From assembly GCF_018350175.1 (NCBI RefSeq), contig NC_058368.1, positions 14,200,001 to 14,264,000 of the forward strand: 64,000 bases of DNA. Direction: 5' to 3'. The notes below the pieces were generated by a model that saw only the letters and a program-made list of their open reading frames with translations, made no database searches and had not been told where the DNA came from. Made by a program: the position numbers and the translations under genes. This DNA is from Felis catus (lineage: Eukaryota). Each line of letters opens with the position of its first letter. Position 1 is the stretch's first letter. This document shows, piece after piece, positions 1-11,985 of this stretch.

Positions 1-107
1 CAGCACAGAGCCTGCTTGGGATTCTGTGTCTCCCTTTCTCTCTGTCCCTTCCCCATTCATACTATCACTGTATCTCTCAAAATAAGTACATAAACTTTAA
101 AAAAAAG
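1..107 (+). mobile_element. CAN-SINE 3' part, cut by window start
   Basis: cagcacagagcctgcttgggattctgtgtctccc, CT-rich segment, A-rich tail. Confidence 0.85.
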
Positions 108-237
108 TTACAAATTTTAATTTTATAGTACTAATTTACATATTTTGAAAGTTGAGAATATTGTATACTTTTCCCTTCTGTTTTAATAGATTCATGCAAA
201 GCATGCACTCTCATCAAAGTGAAAGCACAGCATGTCT

Positions 238-270
238 GGCCCCAGGTGGCCCCAGGTGGCCCCAGGTGGC
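238..270. repeat. 10-bp tandem repeat (GGCCCCAGGT) x3
   Basis: ggc cccaggtggc cccaggtggc cccaggtggc read directly. Confidence 0.9.
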
Positions 271-1245
271 AGGAGTGGACAAGGATGTTGGGAGATAACT
301 ATATGCAAAATTTCAGTTATGTTAAATTCCTACATAAGAACAACTGACTATTATTGTAAATAATGGTTCAACAGCATCTGATAATAGTGGTAAAAGGGCA
401 GGGACAATGTATTTGCCACATATAAATATCCTCGTGTGCCAGTTGGTAGAGTGATTGATCCAAAACAGAAGCCAATTTATGGATTTTTTTTTATGTAATC
501 CTTTAATTTCAGTTGATTATAGAAGCAACACGTATTAAGCTTTACATGCACTTCAGTGATTCTTTGTATATATATGTAGCAGATAAATTAGAACTGTCCC
601 TTGGTGTTTATATGTTTGCATACTACAGCTCCAGAATTTAATGAAATCAATGTACTTCTAGTCATTGAAGAATATGAGGGATTCTGAAGTCTTTCCGGAA
701 TTGAATTCTTGTTTAATGAGCATGAAACACTTCCATTTACTTGTACTTGCCTGGCTAACTCCTTTAGATCCTGTGCCATAGACTTCATCTAAGAAGACTA
801 CCTGATACTCTAGACTAAGTTAGGTTCCTTTGTTAGAACCTTTGGTAACACAGTATACTTTTTCTTCAGAGCATGTATCAACATTATAGTAAGTCACCTA
901 CCTATGTGTAAAACTTGGTAATGTTTTTATCACCTACCAGACCAGACTCCACAAGGTCTCCGGGACCTGCCAGAGTACCCCCCAAAATACTTGTGGATAG
1001 ATAAGTGGATGATAGAACAAATGAGATTGTGTTCTATCATCAAATAGATTTCAATAATTGGTCTTAATAATACAAGAGAAGGGTATAATTTCACTTCATA
1101 CAAGCAAAAGGCAAAAATTTCTGGACTACCTTATTACAACATTGAGGAGTTTATGAGTGATGGTGATAGTAACCAATTTTTAATAGTGCACATGAAATAA
1201 TATATTTCAGTATCACACTTGAAGTTTTACTTGTATTCTAAAAAG

Positions 1246-1395
1246 CTGATATTTATCTTGATATTGCTCAACTATATTCCTAAACTATATTCCTAAAGTT
1301 GATATTCCCAACTATATTCCTGATATTTATCTTGATATTGCTCAACTATATTCCTAAACTATATTCCTAAAGTTGATATTCCCAACTATATTCCT
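1246..1395. repeat. 74-bp tandem duplication with internal AACTATATTCC subrepeats
   Basis: tgatatttatcttgatattgctcaactatattcc... starts at 1247 and again at 1321. Confidence 0.92.
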
Positions 1396-2283
1396 AAAAC
1401 AAAAGTTAGTAAAATAATAGTACAATACACACAAAAATACACCATGGATGACATTTGGTCAGGTTTAAACCTGATGGAGAAACCAGGGCCAGAAAAGCAC
1501 ATATTTGTTCATGACTACTGTTGAAATTTGTGGAAAGTCAATGGCATTGACTTTGCCAAATACACATATTCTACAGTAACAAACAAACAAACAAACAGCT
1601 AGGTCCTAGTCATCCTTGGAAGAATTCTGAACAGGGAGGGACTAAATTAAAATATGACTAAGAAACAATCTATTGAATTCCCGAAGGCCGAAAGAACAAA
1701 AAGATTTTATTGAAAAAAAAGCAATGCTTAAATTAAGGTCCAATGTGAACGAGGAAATATTTAAGACAGCACAATTGAAAGACGTTTCAACTCAGATAAA
1801 GAATATTAAAGTAGAAAGAAACCCTGGTTTCCCTTTCTCTACTTGCCTATTTTATCCTTATGAATTTGGCATGTACTTAACGAATACAGTGCAACATAAC
1901 TGGCCATTTTGTGGCCAAAACTAATCCCTTCAAAAACAATTCCCAACCCTTACTGGGCCCATCATAAAACAGAAACACTTAAGGGCTGCAAGTCAAAGCC
2001 CGGTGAACTCACAGGAACAGGTTCTGTAAATGATTTTAATCTTTATACTGTCACCAAATACTGCCTGTCAGTTTTCCCACTTTTCATTCTTGTTTTCAAG
2101 TATGGAATGAAATAGAAATCTAATGCCTAAATAACTGACCAAGAATCCACACTTTTTCGTATCATTTCCTTTTCCACTGTCATACATCTACTTCCCCTTG
2201 TTCTCAGGTTAGCCCAGTAGGGCATGAAGGACTTAGAACCACAGATAGTCAAGCCAGAAAGAACTATTAATGCCCTTTATTGC

Positions 2284-2575
2284 GGGAGTCAAGCAACTTT
2301 TTTTGATAAGAGGCCAAAAATAAGTACTTTAGGATTTTCAGCCATTCAGTCCCTGTCATAATTTCTCAGTTTTGTCATTGTATTGAGGAATGTTGCCACA
2401 GATAATATGTCAAGGAATGAACTTGGCTATGTTCCAATAAAACTTTATTTGTGAACAGTGAATTGTGATTATACAAACTTAAGTGTCACAAAATATTTTT
2501 ATTTCTCTTTTTTCCCCAACCATTTCATAATGTAAGAGCCATTCTTAGCTTGCAGCCATATAAACACAGGAGAGA
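2284..2575 (+). mobile_element. hAT-Charlie MER58B-like DNA transposon relic
   Basis: Resembles recalled MER58 consensus (ggctatgttccaataaaactttattt; ccattcttagcttgcagccata). Confidence 0.7.
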
Positions 2576-5156
2576 GTCCCAACTCTAGTGACATTCAGAC
2601 TGCAGACTGTGACCCATTAATAGTATGGTGTAATCAGTAAAGCACATCTTGATGGTATTCTTGTAATGGCATGTCATGACATAGCATAACATTGATGAGA
2701 GCATAGAACACAGGGAGTGGAAGTGTGGTTTTGTGAAACATTTGTTTCAGTTATATATACTGGATCATGAAGTAAAATGTACTACTTCAGATTGTAAGTT
2801 TTAAAAGTTTCAAAATAATTGAAATATGGTTTACCAGCAAAGAATTTTAGTATCAAGAAAGGCAGGTGTCTTAGCTGAAGTTTACCTAGCTATTTAGATT
2901 GTCCACTAAAACCAGATCTTCACATTTTTAGTCCAGGGCTGCTTTGACTTAATTAAAAGCTTGATTTGGATTAAAGGATTCTGTAATGCTGATAAAATGG
3001 GTTTAATCCCAATGTTAAAATATTTAGAAGTATAAGAACTAACTGGTTTGTTACTAGCATTCAGATAATTAGTAGCATCCACGTACATGGTGTTTGAAAC
3101 ACCAGTACAACCAAAGCGAACACAAAAAGCACACTTTTTCCTAGTCCATAACCCCCGCTGTCCAGATTTGTTGTGCCAGGTCTCTAGTTTCTGATACTGA
3201 GGTCAGGCTCAGGGCACATCAGCCTTGACCCTCATCCTCCAGTCTGTACTTCTCAGATATCAAAACACAGTTTTCCACATTACAGACGCCCCTTAATTAA
3301 CTGAAGTTACTGCAGTTTAGGTAGGCTCTGGATCACAAGAAAAACAAGCCCTTTCCACAGTAACTCTTTCCCTGGGACCCTCTTCATTTTACCAAGTGAG
3401 CATCTTGGGTTTCCTGTAACTTTTTCCCAGACTTCACCTCATACCGTCCTAGTATTCTTCCAACTAAATGGACTGCATTTCACTATGCCCAAATTTATAA
3501 ATTTACTGTTTGTAAATTTAAAAATGTACTGTTTCTGGTCCCATTATCGCCAAGGACAGTAAGATAGTGATTTCATCTTTAATGTTTCTACTATACAGTA
3601 ATAGAAACCAAGGTGGTGTAAGTTATGCCATGCATGGTGAGATTTTGATCAACTTCATGTTATTTTTTTGTTTCAGCTATTCATAAGCCATGTGAACATT
3701 TCCTAGAAGATTAAGCTTATCCCTTTGTGTCTCCTTCGAAGCTATTTTCCTGTGTAACTTCTTTGTCTTCACTGCTTTCTTTTGTATATACACTGCCCTT
3801 CCATGTAGTATCAGTGCTTTTAATCTATTTTTGCTTGGTATCCAGCTAACAAAATTTACTGGCTCGTGTATAAAATAAAGTCTAATGTGTGTAATAGAAT
3901 CCACGAAAGCTACAATTTAGACTTGTGATCAGTTTTAACTGCAAGGGGATGTTTTTCTCCTTTTTCTCCATCATATGGAACTATGACCTATAATGCATTA
4001 TCTACGTGCTTTCACCCATGCCTAAAATGTTCTTCTTTCCATACTCAGTAGGGTTGTTCTAATTACACTAAATCCAGCCAAAGACAGTTTTCTCTGAGGA
4101 TATTATTTTCAGTTTGAAACTAATTCCTTAAAAAGTTTAGGCAGGTAATTTTAAAAAGCTTTACTTTGGGACGTTTAAGCCGGAAAATATTCTTGTATTA
4201 AATGTGTTTTCTATTTACATACTTGTTTTGGTATAGAGAGACATCTCAGGGGTGGATACACTGATGAGAGTCGAGGAAGTTACTCATATCAGATTCTGTT
4301 TCACAAATTGAATAATACTGTTTGCGACTGCTGATCTTGGAGTGATCTCTATTTTTTCTAAGAAATTAATAACTGCACATTACTTCAAATTAAATATTTC
4401 CTGTTGTTATTTCCACCATATTTTTGTAATCACAATAGGAATATCTTAACAACATTATGTATCTTGCTTACCAAGTCAACATCCTATAACGGTTCTGAGA
4501 TAACTCTTGGTCTCTTCACATTAAATAGATTTATCAGCATGCAACTTCTGTTAGAATGTAGGCTTCTGAAATACATGAAACATATCTGTTTCGTATTTCT
4601 GCTTGGCATATAGTAAGTGTGGAATACTGAATCATTGAAAGTCTTTAACTCTTGGAAATTACTAGCTCTTTACTTTTTCACAGACATTTTTGTGGTTATT
4701 TATTTGATTCCATTTTGTTGATTTCCTTGTTTATACTGTTTCAAAAGATAATTGATATTTGTAATAGTTCTATTATTGTAAGAAAGATTGGAAGAAATAA
4801 AAGCAACATTTGCATTTAGTTTATAAGTAGGTCAAATATTTATACTTGAAGTGTTATTTTTTAATTGCTGAGCAATCCACATGCTGATTTCTTTACTGCA
4901 TCATTATTGGATTGTATTCTGGTATATGACTATATAATTTGACTCTAAGACATCACTCTGAGTTATGGATATGTGAGTTTGATTGATGTAGACAAAATAA
5001 TCTTGTTAATTCAATGAGCTGTACTTTTTTTTGTTTATATAGTGCATGGTATATATTCCCAATAAATTATTGCTTGCATGGAATCCCATGCTTATAAATA
5101 ATTTCTGTAACTTTTGAGAGTATCTTCAATGTTGTAAAAAATTTAAGGAACTGTCA

Positions 5157-5300
5157 GGGTGCCTGGGTGGCTCAGTCTGACTTTGGCTCGGGTCATGATC
5201 TCACGGTTTGTGAGTTCAAGCCCCACATCAGGCTCTGCTCTGACAAGGAAGAGCCTTCTTGGAATTTTCTCTCTTCCTCTCCTTCTGCCCCTCCCCCATT

Positions 5301-5343
<43 letters not shown>

Positions 5344-5367
5344 AATAAATAAACTTGAAAAAAAAAT
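5157..5367 (+). mobile_element. CAN-SINE
   Basis: gggtgcctgggtggctcag head, (CT)n, A tail, TSD-like taaggaact. Confidence 0.9.
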
Positions 5368-5648
5368 AAGGAACTTCCAAGTTCTTCCAGGTCCCAAGAA
5401 CTTCTTCTTTTATTACTAAGAATGAATAGAACTGGATTAATTATTTATCTCTATTTAATATTATGTCCTAAATGCAGAATTCAGTAAAGAAAATGAGCTT
5501 GGGTCAAAATGGAAAATTTGTTGCTTTGAGCACAGATCAGGAACTTTGTGAAGGTCTTATTTATTTCCTCAGAGTACTTAAGCAATTTAAGCCTAAAATT
5601 ATTGGATAAAGTTCATGCACTTTTGAAAATAAGTGAGGTTCATCTGAC

Positions 5649-5751
5649 TGATGCAGCCAATGTGGGACTTGAACTCATGAACCATGCGATCATGACCTGA
5701 GCTGAAAGCAAGAATCTGATGTTTAACTGACTGAGCCACCCGGGAGCCCCC
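5649..5751 (-). mobile_element. CAN-SINE tRNA-derived 5' half only
   Basis: gatcatgacctgagctgaa...actgagccacccgggagcccc. Confidence 0.8.
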
Positions 5752-5782
5752 AATTTCTCACTTTTAGAAAGCTGTGACATTT

Positions 5783-5906
5783 GGGGGCACCTGAGTGGCT
5801 CAGTTGGTTAAGCATCTGACTCTTGTTTTTTGCTTAGGTCATGATCTCACGGTCCCTGGATTTGAGCCCCATATAGGCTATGTGCTGACAGCATGGAGGC
5901 TGCTTG

Positions 5907-5959
<53 letters not shown>

Positions 5960-5966
5960 CTACCCT

Positions 5967-6009
<43 letters not shown>

Positions 6010-6540
6010 CCTTCTCTGTTCTCTCTCTCTCTTTCAAATTAAACATTTAAAAATAAATAACTAAAAGGGGCACATGGATGGCTTAGTTGGTTAAGTGTCT
6101 GACCTCAGTTCAAGTCATGATCTCACTGCTCATGAGTTCGAGCCCCACATCAGGTTGTGGGCTGACAGCTCAGAGCCTGGAGCCTGCTTCAGGTTCTGTA
6201 TCTCCCTCTCTGTACCCCTCCCCAACTCATACTCTCTCTCTCTCTCTCTCTCTCAACAATAAATAAACGTTTAAAAAATCCATTAAAAAAATGAAACATT
6301 ATGGGGCACCTGGGTGGCTCAATCAGTTGAGCATCCGACTTCGGCCCAGGTCATGGACTTGCGGTTCTTGAGTTCGAGTCCCGAGTCGGGCTCTGTGCTG
6401 ACAGCTCAGAGCCTGGAGCTTCCTTCATACTCTGTGTCTCCCTTTCCCTCTCTGCCCCTCCACTGCTTGCACTCTGTCTCTCCAAAATAAAAAATAAAGA
6501 TAAAAAATTAAAAAATAAATAAAAAATAAATAACTAAATA
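5783..6540 (+). mobile_element. Three nested same-strand CAN-SINEs (heads near 5783, 6067, 6303)
   Basis: Three ggggcac heads, each with CT segment and A tail; nested TSD-like repeats. Confidence 0.9.
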
Positions 6541-6649
6541 CAAAGCTGCCCCATTTTTAAAATTTTACTAAATGCCTAAAATGCTTTCTTCAAAACCTTA
6601 GACCAGATGTGTCTTGTACTGCAGATATCTTGGGATTTAAGAAAGGTAA

Positions 6650-6870
6650 GGGGGCACCTGGGTGGCTCAGTTGGTTAAGTGTCCAACTCTTGAGTTTTAG
6701 CTCAGGTCATGACATCACGGTCTGTAGGTTCAAACCCCACTTCTGGCTCCGTGCTGACAGTGTGAAGCTTGCTTGAGACTCTCTCTTCCTCTCTGTGTCT
6801 CTCGGCCCCTCCCCTGATCTCTCTCTCTTTCTCTCAAAATAAATAAATAAACTTAATAATTTTTTTTAAA
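6650..6870 (+). mobile_element. CAN-SINE
   Basis: Full head and tail; TSD aagaaaggtaa on both sides. Confidence 0.92.
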
Positions 6871-7269
6871 AAGAAAGGTAATAGGTACCTATATGTATTA
6901 TTTCATAGCATCTTCGGGAGAGTATGGGGTAGCTTGTTAATCAAGCACATTAATGTGTCTGCAGTGATACATAAGGATGTTCACACTAAGTGGAATAAAG
7001 ATTGTGAATAGCGCCAACACTATTTAGGTGAAATTATGCTGATAATTAAGTTTGCAACAATCTTACAAGAAAGCTGCTTTTCAAAGCTGCTTGGATTTTA
7101 AATTATAAAGCATCATAGATATATAATCGAAAATAATTATCCGCGCAGTTTAAAAAATTTATAGATGTATGCATGCGCACATGTATGTGTTCTCTCTCTT
7201 CTTTACACACAGACATACACATGCACATGTACACACACATCTTGTGATGAGTAAATAGATTTTTTGGAA

Positions 7270-7417
7270 GACAGCCAAGCCGACTTGTTTTATGTGTTAT
7301 GTGGCTGTTTTTGCTCTGCCTTGGCAGAGTTGAGTAGTTGTAACAAAAATTTATGGCTGCCACCAAAGCCTGAAATATGTTACCTGTGCCTTTATAGAAA
7401 AAGTTTGCTGACTCCTG
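7270..7417 (-). mobile_element. MER58A-like hAT DNA transposon relic
   Basis: ggcagagttgagtagttgtaac...tttatagaaaaagtttgctgactcctg. Confidence 0.7.
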
Positions 7418-7599
7418 ATATATAGAGAATTCAGTTTTGTTCCTATTCTAAAGACATTAAGACTTCCATAAGTTGCTGGCATCTTAGTTTTCAGTGAACT
7501 GAAGTAAATTAGTGAATGAATGAACTCTCACTGTCTCTACAGTATTTCGAGGTGGGTTTTTTTTTTTCAGTTGAAATGTATAATCTAAAAATAAACTGT

Positions 7600-7821
7600 G
7601 GGGCGCCTGGGTGGCGCAGTCGGTTAAGCGTCCGACTTCAGCCAGGTCACGATCTCGCGGTCCGTGAGTTCGAGCCCCGCGTCAGGCTCTGGGCTGATGG
7701 CTCGGAGCCTGGAGCCTGTTTCCGATTCTGTGTCTCCCTCTCTCTCAGCCCCTCCCCCGTTCATGCTCTGTCTCTCTCTGTCCCAAAAATAAATAAACGT
7801 TGAAAAAAAATTAAAAAAAAA
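7600..7821 (+). mobile_element. Young SINEC_Fc-type CAN-SINE
   Basis: CpGs retained throughout; perfect 14-bp TSD taaaaataaactgt (7586-7599 and 7822-7835). Confidence 0.95.
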
Positions 7822-8269
7822 TAAAAATAAACTGTAATAGTTTAATTACACTTAAAAAGCTTTTACTTAGAAAATGAACTTAATGTTATTTTAGTTTCTG
7901 GAAGGTAATATTATAATTGTTTCCATTTGTAATGCAGTTTTAAATTAAAATCTTTGAAATAACATGAAATCTTGAAACATGAAAACAGTAATATTACGTA
8001 TACACATATTAATATTAGTTGTAGTTAATATTCAAGCCATCATCATTATTGCAAAGGATGTTTAATATTAAGTTTTTTATTTGGTTTTGGTGTTTTGGTT
8101 TTAAATGAGAAAGTCACACAAATTACCTCCTTTGCTAATTTTTAAGTTTTGGCCTTAATAAGTTCAGATGACTTACATGGTAAAGCTGGAAGTAAGTTTT
8201 TACATACAGGGGCATACCACAGTGATGAAATAGAAAAACAAATTTAATATTTCAGATAAGAAAGTAAAA

Positions 8270-8677
8270 GATTGGTAAACCAAAAAAGGAAATTGTTATT
8301 ATACTGATAGAGATGTGTAAACATTGCAGAGGTCATAAATGATAGACACAGATATACATATGGTGTATATAGAGTATAGTGTATTTTAGAATGCTTTAGA
8401 AAGCATTTGGTTTGGAAGCCAAAAAAGGACATTGCTATTATGCTGATAGAGATGTGTAAGCATTGCAGAGGACATAAATGATAGACACAGATATACATAT
8501 GGTGTATATAGTGTATAGTGTATTTTAGAATGCTTTAGAAAGCATTTGGTTTGGAAGCCAAAAAAGGACATTGCTATTATGCTGATAGACATGTGTAAGC
8601 ATTGCAATAGACATAAATGATAGACACAGATATACATATGGTGTATACAGTGTATACTGTATTTTAGAATGCTTTAT
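8270..8677. repeat. 139-bp tandem repeat, about 2.9 copies
   Basis: aaaaaagga unit starts at 8282, 8421 and 8560; also visible as near-identical ORFs 8244..8498 and 8386..8637. Confidence 0.93.
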
Positions 8678-9572
8678 AATACACTGTGAAAACTGCATGG
8701 AACAGAGACTTTCAAAGAAATTAGCAGCTGTGGACCACTGAAGCTAAAACAAGTGAAGCATAGCGAGCCCATTCAATTCTTTCAAGGTCTGTAGTTTTTA
8801 TTCCACATTTGTTACTAAAATGAAACTATTTCAACCATTTCAGTGTCCCTCAATCTCTACTAATTTCGGAATTTAAGAAAGTTAAAATCATTAGAAAGTT
8901 ATTTAAAAACTAAATAGTCCTGGGAAGACTTGATTTTTAAAATTCAAATTATCAGAATAGTCATGTCTGTTAGATGGAAAATTAATTTGGATATTTTATT
9001 ATGAGGAGAAATAGAAAACTAGATTTTAAAACTACTGGTAGGAACTCTTCTAAAAATTACATAATTATGTTTTCTTTAACACCACACTCTCTGCCTGACT
9101 TCTTTATATCTGGTTTGTCAGAGTTAGAACATCTATACTTCAAAAACATACACTCCTAAAACTCAACATTAATTTTTTGCCTATATTTCTAATTTTGTCC
9201 AGGATGAAACTCGGCACTTTCTTTCCACATATCTGCTGCTTCATTTGTTATCTGTAGCTCAGGTAAAGTCTTCACCACTCACACTTTCATTGCTCCTGTA
9301 CCCTGCTGTTTAACCTCCTATCCTATTGTCTGAAATACTGTCTCGTCTCATTCCAAAATGACTTTCACATCTGCCTCTATTTGCTTTGTCACTGCCTTCA
9401 GCTCAGGCTCACATTGCCTTGACTGGACTCTACAGTTGTGGATTTCTGCCTCTACCACTTACAGAAAGGGATCTTCCCAAAATAGATGGTATTCTGTCTT
9501 CCCTCTGCTTAGAATCCTTCAGGGGCTCCCTGTTGACACTAGGAATACGTACCATATATGGTCCTGCTTCCT

Positions 9573-9576
<4 letters not shown>

Positions 9577-9628
<52 letters not shown>
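9577..9628. repeat. (CT)n microsatellite within an L2-like relic
   Basis: Long ct run; flanks have L2-like text (ctgcttagaatccttcaggggctccc; aagctcaataaatgctttttgaatgaat). Confidence 0.85.
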
Positions 9629-9632
<4 letters not shown>

Positions 9633-11255
9633 CTGTCTTCATTTCCACTTGCTGCCTTCCATCCTTTGCACAAGGCAACATAATACTCCAACCTCATTTT
9701 ACTATCTAGTTCTTGTTTCTTTATACCTCTAATATTTCTGTCGCCTCAGATGACTTTCCCTTCTTTCCTTTTTTTGCCTAGATAAGCATGACATCTTCCA
9801 AATGACATAGTGCATAACCTGTAAATTCTCAGCACAGTTGCTCACTACCTTTCTGTGCTTCTAACACTTTGTACTTTCTGTCTACCTCCTAGGATTCTAT
9901 ACATGATTATTTGTATATAAAACCTGTGCCACTTTCCTTACTTCTTTTTATACTTAGTACTTGACGTGGTATTTGACACATTAGACATTAAGCTCAATAA
10001 ATGCTTTTTGAATGAATTGGGCTCTTGTCCCTTCCAAAATACTCTTATTTTTTTCTCCAAATCTTATGGTTTTTTTTCCTCTGTCATCTATAGCAGTTAC
10101 TCAGTGAATGATGGTTTCCAGATTTATTCATTAATTGGTATTTATTGGGAGCGTACTCAGAGCACTGCCTTAGTCATAGATGCCTGTAGGTCTCCTCTCT
10201 TGGTAGAGGACCCTTGCTGAAGGAACACTGATACCGCTTAAAAGATGAGTCCCACCTATGAGTGTGATTCCTTGCTGGGAGTGTGGTTCCTTGCTTATCA
10301 CTGTAAGGCTTCACACCCCTTACCTCCCACTGTGAGGAACATCCTGCCAGAGAGAGAATTTCTCCATACTATTGTGAAGCTAAGGGTTCTTTTAATTTGA
10401 TCTAATTCTACAGATACATGAAATCAGACTCAGAGATTGACGCAGAAGAGTCTGACAGCTCTGTGTTAAAACAGCATCACTGGACCTTTCAGTATTCCTT
10501 GAGTTAAAGAAAGATAGCTTTCTCCCAAAGGTCAAAGTTTTAACTTTCCATTCATCTTACATTTTAATGGGGTTTGGTGGGGTTTTTTTTTTTTTTGCTT
10601 TGTTTTGTTTTGTTTTGTTATGTTTTGTTGTTTATGGTAGGGAAGTGGAGTTCTGAAAGTAAAGCTGACTTCTAACCCCTAATAAGTGGGAACCCAAAAG
10701 AACTGCCAATGTTTTGGATGGTGGTCTACTCAGATCTTTTCATTCCTTACTTCCTGCATCTGGGCCACCTCAAATTTGTCCATCCAATTAATCTTCTCAA
10801 GTGCTTCTATGTAGACACTCAGCTGACTTTATCTTTCAACAGTATAGTTCACAATATATTCAAAAGCTATTACTAGACAGTTTTCTTCACTGTTGAGTAT
10901 CTCCTTTACATACATATTTATTTTCTTCACTCCAGGTGTTAATTTTATACTGGTAACTTGTATGGTATACAGTATTGGATTAGTAATTCTAGTCAGAATA
11001 TTCTGGTGAATGTATATTTGCTGGTGAAAATAGTCTAGTAACTGGCCAATACTTCTAACTAGATTTTTGTTGGAGAGGCGCATGTGTACAGCTCTTTTGG
11101 GGGCTACCTCCCTGAGAGGGTGGGAAAAGTGATCAGAGAATCGGAATACATACCTTAGCCTTCGTAACATTTCCCCAATTTTGTATCTTGCTCTACATTC
11201 TTTCTCTTTCAAAAACATTTGTAATTTTACTGCTTTAAATCTTTACTTATGTTTG

Positions 11256-11470
11256 GGGGCACCTGGGTGGCTCAGTCAGTTAAGCATCTGACTTCGGCTC
11301 AGGTCATGATCTCACTGTGAGTTCGAACCCCACGTCGGGCTCTGTGCTGACAGCTCGGAGCCTGGAGCCTGCTTCGGATTCTGTGTCTCACTCTCTCGCT
11401 GCCCCTCCCCTGCTCACGCTTTGTCTCTCTCTGTCTCAAAAATAAATAAAACATTAAAAAAATAAATAAA
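11256..11470 (+). mobile_element. CAN-SINE
   Basis: Full length; TSD taaatctttacttatgtttg / taaatctttatttacgtttg. Confidence 0.92.
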
Positions 11471-11769
11471 TAAATCTTTATTTACGTTTGAATTTTACCC
11501 TAGGCCTCAGTCCCACTTTCAAATGCCTCCTATACTCTACTCATCCTTCCCCTAAGCAATAAAGGTCTTTCAGATTTATTTTTGTTCCCTTTCCCCTCTG
11601 TGCTTTTGCTAAATATAATGCTTTTTCCCCCACGTCTGACTAACATACGCTGTCTTCTCCAAGAAAGCTGTCAAAATCATCCCAGTTGGAATCAACCATT
11701 ATAACCTTTCTCATGGCCACATATTGCCATCCTAGTCATGTTTAATTATTTACATGACTCTGCAGAAGA

Positions 11770-11985
11770 CGTTAAATGGGCTTTCAAGTTAGGTGACTTG
11801 AATTCAGGTTTCAGCTCCACTACTTACTAAGGGAAACTCCTTGGGCCAGTGACTGAATCTTCATATTTTATCTATCATATGAGGTAATAATAACTAAATC
11901 AAAGAGTTGTTAAGAGAATCAGATGAGATAGCAAATATATAAAAAATGATTTGTAAATGACAAAGCTCCTGGTAAATGTTAGATA
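11770..11985 (+). mobile_element. MIR relic
   Basis: ttcagctccactacttacta...ttgggccagtgactgaatct...gagttgttaagagaatcagatgagata resembles MIR core. Confidence 0.6.

Noticed and set aside
4261..4295. CTGATGA-GAGT...ACTC hairpin resembling a hammerhead ribozyme core, or a C/D snoRNA with CTGA at about 4331
   Set aside because: Stem II is followed by ATAT rather than the required GAAA, with no stem III or NUH site; the C box lacks its leading purine and I see no terminal stem
5159..7803. ORF-track entries overlapping SINEs, including poly-SL peptides, here and throughout the window
   Set aside because: They are translations of CAN-SINE heads and (CT)n tails
8244..8637. Two near-identical 83-84 aa ORFs suggesting a tandem gene pair or CRISPR-like array
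   Set aside because: Explained by a contiguous 139-bp tandem repeat with no spacers in eukaryotic intron DNA
10829..11218. 129-aa minus-strand ORF
   Set aside because: No recognisable homology, coding signal or gene structure; consistent with chance
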